DNA of 45,115 bases from a virus: the IMG/VR virus record IMGVR_UViG_3300045988_060953, positions 1 to 45,115 of that record; one strand, written 5' to 3'. Both the position numbers and the translations under genes were made by a program. Below are positions 39,198-45,115 of this stretch, piece after piece (positions within the stretch are counted from its first letter, which is position 1; the number at the start of each line of letters is the position of its first letter). The notes beneath the pieces were generated by a model, which saw only the letters and a program-made list of their open reading frames with translations, was not told where the DNA came from and searched no databases.

Positions 39198-39211
39198 GGC
39201 GCTGCCTCCGA

Positions 39212-39628
39212 TTAAAAGGGCAAATCTTCGTTGTCGTCGATGACCGCAAAGTCATCCGTCGCCGCTGGCCGGGCAAATTCGCCCGCTGTGCCCTGTTTCT
39301 GGGTGCCCCCGTCATTCTTCCCGCCGCAGAAGAAAGCCCTGTCAGCGGTCATTTCCCACGCCGTGCGGCGATTGCCGCTGTTGTCGGTGTACTCGCGGCA
39401 GTGCATGGAGCCGCAGAGCGCGATCATATCTCCCTTGTGAAACCAGCCGGAGATGAACTCGGCCGTCTTGCGCCACGCCGTCACCCGGAAGAAGTCAGTG
39501 TGCTTCTCGCCGTTTCGGCTCTTCGGGCCGTCCACAGCCACGGAGAAAGAACCTACTGCGTCTCCGGCCTGCGTCTGGCGCATCTCCACGTCGGCGGTCA
39601 GGCGGCCCATAATGATGATTTGATTCAT
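39212..39628 (-). CDS. ssb: Single-stranded DNA-binding protein
   Basis: 138 aa from ATG 39628. MNQIIIMGRLTADVEMRQT OB-fold start. Acidic tail DDNEDLPF. Confidence 0.9.
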   Translation of the reverse strand: MNQIIIMGRLTADVEMRQTQAGDAVGSFSVAVDGPKSRNGEKHTDFFRVTAWRKTAEFISGWFHKGDMIALCGSMHCREYTDNSGNRRTAWEMTADRAFFCGGKNDGGTQKQGTAGEFARPAATDDFAVIDDNEDLPF

Positions 39629-39632
39629 GTTT

Positions 39633-39983
39633 TTAATCCTCCCGGTAACTTTTGCCAAATTCGGAGCGGAATTCGTCCTCGCTCCATCCATACTGCTCCA
39701 TCGCGCACTGCTGCGCGAACCATTTAAGCGCGTGGTCGGCGGTCGCGTTGTTGTGCACTGCGGAAACCCCGTCAATGTGGTGGGCGTGGTGGCAAAGGTT
39801 CACCCACAGCCCCAGCCGTTTTGATTTGTCTCTATACGGGCCGTAAAAAATCTCGTGTCGGTCTAGCTTGTCACGGTATCCATTAGCCCTGCAAATGAAA
39901 CATTCATCCATGTATTCCTGCACAATGCTAGGGGCGTACCCGTTCCGGTCAAGCCTTGCGCCGTACTCGTTTGTCAATGCCAC
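39633..39983 (-). CDS. Cys/His-motif (HNH-like) protein
   Basis: 116 aa. CFICRANG...LDRHEIFYGPYRDKSKRLGLWVNLCHHAHH. Confidence 0.45.
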   Translation of the reverse strand: MALTNEYGARLDRNGYAPSIVQEYMDECFICRANGYRDKLDRHEIFYGPYRDKSKRLGLWVNLCHHAHHIDGVSAVHNNATADHALKWFAQQCAMEQYGWSEDEFRSEFGKSYRED

Positions 39984-40468
39984 GCCTCCTTCAATCTGTC
40001 CAGTTCCGCCGGGGTGGCCGTTTCAATGCCCTGTGCCCGGCACTCCTGGACCACCAGGTCGATCAAGCGGGACATCTGGCGGGTGTCGTAGGTGCTTGAG
40101 CCTTGATAAAGCACCACGTTCTTGCATCCTTCGAGTTTGCTGTCTACCACATCGGCGGCCCAGCCAAGGCCATTCTTGCCCCAAAGCTGCACCAGCTTGT
40201 CCACGGCCTTCTCCACGCAGCACACCGTCTCGCTGTTGCCCCCAACCTCCCGGATGAGTTCCCGGTAGATTTCGGTTTTGGGCTTGTGCAGAGCGGCCGC
40301 CAGCTTGTCCAGCAGCACCCAGCAGTAGGCATTCGCATCAAGGCTTCGCCGCTGGCGGTGCTTGTCGATCTGGATGTCCAGCAGCTGGTCAGGCTCAAAG
40401 CCCTGGCATACGTGCAGCAGGTTTCCGATGTGGTCTGGGAATTGGCTGGCCTTGATGCACAGCTTCAT
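39974..40468 (-). CDS. ninB: NinB/Orf-family recombination mediator
   Basis: 164 aa from ATG 40468, ATGA-coupled. QRRSLDANAYCWVLLDKLA...GSSTYDTRQMSRLIDLVVQECRAQGIE parallels lambda NinB RSLDQNRKLWACLGDV...STSRMRVGEFAELLELIQAFG. Confidence 0.65.
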   Translation of the reverse strand: MKLCIKASQFPDHIGNLLHVCQGFEPDQLLDIQIDKHRQRRSLDANAYCWVLLDKLAAALHKPKTEIYRELIREVGGNSETVCCVEKAVDKLVQLWGKNGLGWAADVVDSKLEGCKNVVLYQGSSTYDTRQMSRLIDLVVQECRAQGIETATPAELDRLKEAWH

Positions 40469-41085
40469 GCCTTGTCCTCCGCCTTCTGTGCGGCCCGTTC
40501 GCAGTCGATGCACAGGAATTTGCCGCGCTTGTGCTTCGTCCAATCGGCCACCTGTGCAGCCGTCATAATCGTGCCGTCACGCTTCTTCACGGGCTTGATG
40601 GGCTGCTTGCAGCCCTCACACAAGATGGACTTCTCAGGGACCGGTACAGTGGGCTGCTCGTACTTCGTGCGGTCCTGCTGCCAGTAGATGTTTGCGGCAG
40701 CTCCAAGTGCTTTTGCGGCCACGCTGATTGCATCAGTGAGTGCCATTTTGAAGCACTCGTCAGATGTGTAGGGTCCGTTTTTCTCAACTTTCACGAAGCC
40801 GCTGCCGCCCGTTCCGGGGATGCCGTGGCTCTCTTCTCCGGCCACCTTATAAAACAGGGTGATGTTGCAGAAAGCTGCCACCTCGGGGCCGTTTCCGTGT
40901 TCCAGCCATTGCTTGTCGATGGTGTACCACCAGCCGATGCCGCACGGGCCAAAGGCTTCCGTGAGGGCCTTGATTCTCCACATGGGGTTGATGTCGCTCA
41001 TGCCCTTCAATCGGCCCGCGCTGATGGGCTTAATTGCCCCCTCTGGGCATTCCCGCAGCTTGTTGTAAATTTCAAGATTTTCCAT
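40465..41085 (-). CDS. Rad52/Sak-type single-strand annealing protein
   Basis: 206 aa. GRLKGMSDINPMWRIKALTEAFGPCGIGWWY is the Sak/Rad52-like signature. C-terminal CxxC...CxxC zinc finger. Confidence 0.75.
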   Translation of the reverse strand: MENLEIYNKLRECPEGAIKPISAGRLKGMSDINPMWRIKALTEAFGPCGIGWWYTIDKQWLEHGNGPEVAAFCNITLFYKVAGEESHGIPGTGGSGFVKVEKNGPYTSDECFKMALTDAISVAAKALGAAANIYWQQDRTKYEQPTVPVPEKSILCEGCKQPIKPVKKRDGTIMTAAQVADWTKHKRGKFLCIDCERAAQKAEDKA

Positions 41086-41094
41086 GTTCCCACC

Positions 41095-41559
41095 TCACTT
41101 GATTTGCACGCTCAGGCTGTCCACCAGGGCGGCCCCCGGCACCTCAATGCCGGACTTAATGGCAGCTCTGATTGCTACCTTGTCAGGGATTTCTGTCACT
41201 TTTACGGCCACATACTCCGTCGGGATCGCCCCCTCGTCAAAGATAGTCACGGCCGAGCGGCGGGAGCATCTAACGGCGCACTTGCCGCTGCTAAACGGCT
41301 TCCCTTCGAGCGCATCAAAAAGCCATTTTTCAAGCTTTTTCATCTTCCGCTCGGCAGCCTGGGCGCGGTCTGCAAAAGCCTTCTTTTCCGCCTTGCAGGC
41401 TTCCGCTTCAGCATTGAGGTTTTTGACCCAGCAGGCCACATTCTCAATTTTTTTCTCTCGCTCCATATGGAGCGCATTCAGCGCCTCTTCGTCGAGCACC
41501 TCGCCCGTCTCCGGGTCGATACAAGCCGTAATGGCCGCGTCAATCTCATAAAGGTTCAT
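41095..41559 (-). CDS. Siphovirus Gp157-family protein
   Basis: 154 aa. MNLYEIDAAITACIDPETGEV...IENVACWVKNLNAEAEACKAEKK...SVQIK. Typical Gp157 pattern and position upstream of the annealing protein. Confidence 0.7.
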   Translation of the reverse strand: MNLYEIDAAITACIDPETGEVLDEEALNALHMEREKKIENVACWVKNLNAEAEACKAEKKAFADRAQAAERKMKKLEKWLFDALEGKPFSSGKCAVRCSRRSAVTIFDEGAIPTEYVAVKVTEIPDKVAIRAAIKSGIEVPGAALVDSLSVQIK

Positions 41560-41846
41560 TTCGCTTCGTCCTCCTTTTCAGGGTCTTCGGGGATTCCGAG
41601 GCTCATAGAGATTTCCTCCACGATCAAGCGGACACGGCCCGCAAAGGCATCGAAGGGAGCTTTGCCCGCCAGGAGCTGTTTCAGAATGTTGGTCAGGTAG
41701 CGGTCGCCGAGATTCAGATCGCCGCACGACGTGTAGTACAGCTTGCCGATGTACTCGATGTCGGCAAGCCGCTTGTGCTCGGGCTGATTGCCGCTCTTAT
41801 CGAAAGCGTCCACAACTTCGTAAATTGATTTCTTAAATTCGTCCAT
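41556..41846 (-). CDS. Hypothetical protein
   Basis: 96 aa, coupled to neighbours. Confidence 0.45.
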   Translation of the reverse strand: MDEFKKSIYEVVDAFDKSGNQPEHKRLADIEYIGKLYYTSCGDLNLGDRYLTNILKQLLAGKAPFDAFAGRVRLIVEEISMSLGIPEDPEKEDEAK

Positions 41847-41847
41847 T

Positions 41848-42027
41848 TTATTTCTCCTTTACTCTTTTCCCGCACCGATTCAGCGCGGGAAGAAATTCGG
41901 GTGTCGGCCCCTCGTGGGGCTTGCGAGTTGGTATACATTCTCGGTCAGTATATGGTGTGCGGAAGTTCCCACCGTAGCACTTCCTCGCGGGCCGCTTGCA
42001 GTGCGCACAATCCATGTCACACTTCAC
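41848..42027 (-). CDS. Hypothetical Cys-rich small protein
   Basis: 59 aa from GTG 42027, which overlaps the upstream stop (GTGA). VKCDMDCAHCKRPARKCYGG. Start is uncertain. Confidence 0.35.
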   Translation of the reverse strand: MKCDMDCAHCKRPARKCYGGNFRTPYTDRECIPTRKPHEGPTPEFLPALNRCGKRVKEK

Positions 42028-42311
42028 GGTTCGTCGCCTCCCAGCCATGCACCCAGCCCGGCGGCCAGGCCGATCAAAAAGATTTCTCCGCCCACAGCCC
42101 AATAGCCGCGGGTCAGATAGGCCACCGGCACCCAGACGGCCGCAGCGGCCAGGGCGCCGAAGATGCCGCCGAAGATACCGCCCCAGTTGACGCGGGGCAG
42201 GCGGTGGGGTAAGATAGTGGCAGTGCCACGCCGCGTGGGTTTGGTGCTGTTCAGGTCGCTCTGGGTTCCAGCCGGGGCGGCCTTTTTGATTGCGATGTAA
42301 TATTCGGTCAT
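42024..42311 (-). CDS. Small membrane protein (Gly-zipper TM helices)
   Basis: 95 aa from ATG 42311 (RBS GAAGGAGGG). WGGIFGGIFGALAAAAVWVPVAY and GGEIFLIGLAAGLGAWLGG. Confidence 0.5.
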   Translation of the reverse strand: MTEYYIAIKKAAPAGTQSDLNSTKPTRRGTATILPHRLPRVNWGGIFGGIFGALAAAAVWVPVAYLTRGYWAVGGEIFLIGLAAGLGAWLGGDEP

Positions 42312-42325
42312 TGCCTTGCCCTCCT

Positions 42326-42478
42326 TCAGTTCACCCACATTGCCAGCAGCCAGGTGGCCAGAATCAGCGCCGCCGTCGGGGCTGCTTTGGGCTTTTTGTC
42401 GGCCGCCACACAAGCGGCCATGTACCAGATCAGCGCTGCCAGCCCCAGCCAGGGCAGCAGGCTCAGCAAAACCCTCAT
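42326..42478 (-). CDS. 50-aa two-TM membrane peptide (below ORF-track cutoff)
   Basis: ATGA-coupled to the upstream gene. MRVLLSLLPWLGLAALIWYMAACVAADKKPKAAPTAALILATWLLAMWVN. Confidence 0.45.
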   Translation of the reverse strand: MRVLLSLLPWLGLAALIWYMAACVAADKKPKAAPTAALILATWLLAMWVN

Positions 42479-42738
42479 CGTGCCAGCGCCTCCTTGGCCT
42501 GCGCCAGGGTGGTGATCTCCCGGTCCCAGTCGAGTGCCTTGCGGGCGGTCTCAAAGGTGGCCACCCGCGCCTGGTACCACTTGGCCACCCGGGCCGCGCT
42601 GGCGCGCTCAGCCTTCGGCAAGTGCTGGTTGTTTGCGCAGCACTCGGAGGATTCGGCGCTTTCCGCCATCCGGACCTTGGCCACATCACAGGCGGCCTGC
42701 AAGGCTATCACCTCGCAACTACTCAATTCATACAGCAT
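42475..42738 (-). CDS. 87-aa hypothetical protein, paralog A
   Basis: MLYELS...DREITTLAQAKEALAR. Same length, N-terminus and C-terminus as the 44082-44345 product. Same RBS context GAGTAAGGAGGCAA. Confidence 0.55.
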   Translation of the reverse strand: MLYELSSCEVIALQAACDVAKVRMAESAESSECCANNQHLPKAERASAARVAKWYQARVATFETARKALDWDREITTLAQAKEALAR

Positions 42739-42749
42739 GGGTTGCCTCC

Positions 42750-43394
42750 TTACTCTTCAAACTCGTTATTTCCGCCGATAACTCGGCCGTTTTCATCTAG
42801 CAAGTCCCACACAAAGCGGCCCTTGCCGCTGTTGCGCCACTGGCCAAGGCCGCGAAACTTGCCGTAGTCCAGGCACTCGCGCACCATGTCCTCCAGCTTC
42901 GGGTCAAAGCACACGACGCTGAACTCGATGGTGCTGCCCTCCGGCACACTCTCGCTCTTTGCGATGCTGGTTCGCTCTCCCATGGGGGTGTTTGCCCGCA
43001 GAATGCGCTCGCAGTGATCCATCTTGAGCCCGTGCAGGTTGTAAGGGATGCAGCGCGGCTTAACAAAAATCAGCCCATCAATGACCTGTTTATACGCCTT
43101 GATTGCCGCGCAAGCCTTGCCGCCGGGGTACCCGGCCTTACCGGCCTTCGCCAGCATCTTGCAGCTGTCCTTAAACATCCCCTTGATCTGATAGTCGTAG
43201 ACGAACGGGGTTCCGTCCGGCAGCTTCGGAAACACGGTGAGCCGTTCTTCCGCGTTCTGCGCCTTAATCGTTTCGATCTCCTGCGCCTCAAGCTCCTCTG
43301 TGGGTGCCTTGCTGGCAATGTAAGTCCCCAGCAAATCCTCGTTGCTGGGGCTGCTCCCCAGCGCCTCTTCCAGCAGAGTAATCCGTACTTTCAT
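42750..43394 (-). CDS. Hypothetical 214-aa early protein with a Gly-rich loop near the C-terminus
   Basis: ATG 43394 (RBS ACGGAGGA). MKVRITLLEEALGSSP... and ...YGKFRGLGQWRNSGKGRFVW. No family recognised. Confidence 0.5.
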   Translation of the reverse strand: MKVRITLLEEALGSSPSNEDLLGTYIASKAPTEELEAQEIETIKAQNAEERLTVFPKLPDGTPFVYDYQIKGMFKDSCKMLAKAGKAGYPGGKACAAIKAYKQVIDGLIFVKPRCIPYNLHGLKMDHCERILRANTPMGERTSIAKSESVPEGSTIEFSVVCFDPKLEDMVRECLDYGKFRGLGQWRNSGKGRFVWDLLDENGRVIGGNNEFEE

Positions 43395-43826
43395 CGTTAA
43401 ATCCTCCGTTTTTATTGTGTTTGTTTCGTTTTCTTTGCGGCTCCGTTGCTCAACAAATCGTGGATTCGCCTTTTCATTGCGAATCAGAGCTTTTCCGGCG
43501 CATTGCAAAGCTTCTCGGCGCCGTGGCATTTCCTCTCATTGCCTATCCGCTGCTTTTCCCGGCCACTCATCGCCTTTGCACGTCACATCTTTTCTTTGCC
43601 GTTCCGCTGCCCGTCCCGTCCACGCTTCGCCTTTGCGAAGCCAAGCTTTGCCATAGCAGTGCAGTGCTCAGCTATTCCATTGCGTATCATCGCCTCGCGT
43701 ATCCATTGCTCTTCTTTGCTCAGCCACAGCTTCTCGGTGGATTGCATATCCGCAGCATATCATTGCATGGCATGGCTTCGCCGTTGCCTCGCCTTGCCGT
43801 GCTTTGCCTCAGCACATTGCTTCTGC
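43395..43826. repeat. 432-bp ORF-poor region with same-strand CATTGC repeats and a degenerate ~75-bp direct repeat
   Basis: CATTGC at 43475, 43501, 43537, 43678, 43704, 43761 and 43815; GATTGC at 43740. The spacing 26 then 36 bp occurs twice, 203 bp apart, with shared AGCTTCTCGG(C/T)G and ATTGC(C/A)TATCCGC. Inverted repeat GATTCGC (43463) / GCGAATC (43479). Confidence 0.7.
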
Positions 43827-44063
43827 TTAAAGCCATTCAGGTTCGATTGCAACGGGTGTCTGACCGGTCATATCTTTCAGCCACAGGGCCAGCCGATGCT
43901 TAAAAATTTTCGGCTGGAGCTTTGCGCCGGGCGCGTTCATGGCTATCGCCCACGGGAGACGGCCAGCTTCAATGGCGGCCGCCAGCCCCTTGTTGTCCAC
44001 TGAAATGTTGTTCGCGCGAAGCACCTCACAGCACTCAGTGATGGTTAAAGTTGGTCGCGTCAT
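43827..44063 (-). CDS. Excisionase-family / MerR-like HTH_17 DNA-binding protein
   Basis: 78 aa. RBS AAGGAGGCA. LTITECCEVLRANNISVDNKGLAAAIEAGRLPWAI...KIFKHRLALWL resembles the Xis/AlpA pattern. Confidence 0.55.
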   Translation of the reverse strand: MTRPTLTITECCEVLRANNISVDNKGLAAAIEAGRLPWAIAMNAPGAKLQPKIFKHRLALWLKDMTGQTPVAIEPEWL

Positions 44064-44081
44064 TGCGGTGCCTCCTTACTC

Positions 44082-44345
44082 TCAATCCTCCAGCGCCTCC
44101 TTGACCTGCGCCAGCGTGGTAATCTCACGATCATCGGCAAGCGCATTGTAAGCGGCCTTATACTTCGCGGCCAGAGCAAGATTAAATTGGATATCTATTT
44201 TAGCCATATTTTGCATGCCCTCTGGGGTATCCGGCTCATGCAAGATGCGCTCCGCCGCTTCGGCAAATTCTATTGCTCGGATCCGCATCATGACACAGGC
44301 CATCTGTAGATCGTTCACATCAGAAGCGCTCAGTTTATAAAGCAT
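44082..44345 (-). CDS. 87-aa hypothetical protein, paralog B
   Basis: MLYKLS...DREITTLAQVKEALED. Paralog of the 42475-42738 product. Confidence 0.55.
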   Translation of the reverse strand: MLYKLSASDVNDLQMACVMMRIRAIEFAEAAERILHEPDTPEGMQNMAKIDIQFNLALAAKYKAAYNALADDREITTLAQVKEALED

Positions 44346-44357
44346 TGGTTTGCCTCC

Positions 44358-45065
44358 TTACTCATATAAGCTGGTCTGGGCGTTGGTCTGCTGAATGAGC
44401 ATCACGGAGTTGGTGCTGGGCTTCCAGCGCTGGATGTACTCCACAGCCTGGGTGAAATCCTTGCGGGGTACGTTGCACACGCTGTTGACCCGGAACCAGT
44501 CCTGAACGTCGCGGTTGCACTCGCTGAACAACTTGCCGCGCACATGGGGGTCGTTGTAGGCCGGGGCCGACTTACCGCCCAGGGCTTCCACCACTACCCG
44601 GCCAACGGCCTTTTTCAAGGTCTGCTGCTGGCTGTAATCCACCGTCATGGTGTTTTCCAGCGCGGTGATGCGGGCCTCTTGCTTTTGGGTGCGGTCATCC
44701 AGAAGGAAGAGCGCCTGCATCTCCTTGCTGAGTTTGGGCATCGTGTAGCTGCCCGTCTTGCGGATGGATGGCAACACCTCGCTAGTTACCCACTTGCGGA
44801 ATGGTTTTGCCTCCGGCTTGTCGCTGCGCAGGATGACGTTGTACAGGCCAGACTCGTTGATAACGGTAGTCTCCTGCTGGCGGCCCATGCTGTCGGTGAG
44901 GTCAGTCAGGCTTACCTCATCCGCATCAAGCCGCTGCGCCGTCATTTTGTGGTTGGAGATCCCCAGCACCGCGCACACGTCTTTGAGGACGAACCACGGT
45001 TCGCCGTTCAGCTCTACGGTGCGAACTTCGCTGGACTTGTAGTGGAAAACTAAAATGTCGTTCAT
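44358..45065 (-). CDS. Antirepressor (BRO-N domain plus C-terminal ORF6C/KilA-C-like domain)
   Basis: ATG 45065 with RBS AAAGGAGAC (alternative ATG at 45080). MNDILVFHYKSSEVRTVELNGEPWFVLKDVCAVLGISN...SGLYNVILRSDKPEAKPFRKWVTSEVLPSIRKTG is the BRO-N signature. Spans the circular junction. Confidence 0.85.
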   Translation of the reverse strand: MNDILVFHYKSSEVRTVELNGEPWFVLKDVCAVLGISNHKMTAQRLDADEVSLTDLTDSMGRQQETTVINESGLYNVILRSDKPEAKPFRKWVTSEVLPSIRKTGSYTMPKLSKEMQALFLLDDRTQKQEARITALENTMTVDYSQQQTLKKAVGRVVVEALGGKSAPAYNDPHVRGKLFSECNRDVQDWFRVNSVCNVPRKDFTQAVEYIQRWKPSTNSVMLIQQTNAQTSLYE

Positions 45066-45115
45066 GTTGTCTCCTTTCATGTGTCTAATTTAGACACAAG
45101 TTCTTCAAAAAAAAT
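44975..45115. repeat. Terminal direct repeat, right copy (circular-closure overlap)
   Basis: Exact copy of 1-141. A length of 141 bp equals a common final assembler k-mer, so this is more likely an assembly overlap than a physical DTR (inference). Confidence 0.95.

Noticed and set aside
40020-40027. A second ATTGAAAC (reverse complement gtttcaat) that might mark another CRISPR repeat.
   Set aside because: It lies inside the NinB-like CDS. The flanking sequence has no stem-loop and no other similarity to the repeat. It is a chance 8-mer.
43395-43850. An apparent array of about 19 same-strand TTGC motifs with ~10-bp phasing.
   Set aside because: TTGC is equally frequent (2-3 per 60 nt) on this strand throughout the coding regions, where GCA-A codon pairs occur on the minus strand. 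The 4-mer enrichment is therefore a compositional artefact. Only the 6-mer CATTGC pattern and the larger direct repeat were kept.
43415-44003. Plus-strand ORFs of 162 and 185 aa across the non-coding repeat region.
   Set aside because: Two overlapping frames are open simultaneously. The peptides are low-complexity (F/A/S/L/C/P), there is no RBS, and they run antisense into the Xis-like gene. This looks like open frames produced by the purine-poor strand composition.

Overview
The window is a complete, circularly closed temperate dsDNA phage genome. Bases 1-141 are repeated exactly at 44975-45115, so the unique length is 44,974 bp. The style is high-GC with strong AGGAGG-type RBSs and many ATGA-coupled genes. 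The host is probably an anaerobic Firmicute, but that is inference only.

Layout:
- (i) Plus-strand lysogeny module, 493-3558: CI-like XRE repressor, membrane moron, second XRE protein, and a zinc-ribbon tyrosine integrase. It is followed by an attP that carries the 3' part of tRNA-Arg(ACG).
- (ii) Back-to-back lytic and lysogenic promoters at 378-465, with 17-bp operators.
- (iii) Minus-strand early operon. It runs from the Cro-like gene (330 to 103), across the circular junction, and down to about 33104. It encodes an antirepressor, an Xis-like HTH, Gp157/Rad52-Sak/NinB/SSB recombination genes, a replication organizer plus DnaB, RusA, Dam-like and C5 methyltransferases, Lar, ASCH, a DUF5664-like protein and a sigma-region-4-like regulator.
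- (iv) A 4-kb plus-strand island, 29048-33102, inverted relative to everything around it. It holds nine or ten small ORFs of unknown function, a solitary type I-C-like CRISPR repeat, an Aca-like HTH gene and a repeated structured intergenic element. I read it as an anti-defence (acr-aca/Racr-type) locus, and it is the most interesting part of the window.
- (v) Minus-strand late region, 28928 to 3773: RHH protein, TerS, a 460-bp G/C-tract non-coding gap, tRNA-Thr and tRNA-Gln, then TerL. After TerL come a 617-aa virion protein, scaffold, decoration protein, major capsid, portal, adaptor, modular tail-fibre paralogs and the lysis cassette.
- After the lysis cassette there is an unusual post-lysis block. 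It contains a sigma-like HTH, a Cys-rich protein, a ferritin-like protein and a 2395-aa polyvalent HExxH virion protein. It ends with a 41-aa minigene that is a stand-alone copy of the NrdD glycyl-radical C-terminus.

All functional calls rest on motifs I recognise by eye. No homology search, tRNA scan or RNA folding was run.
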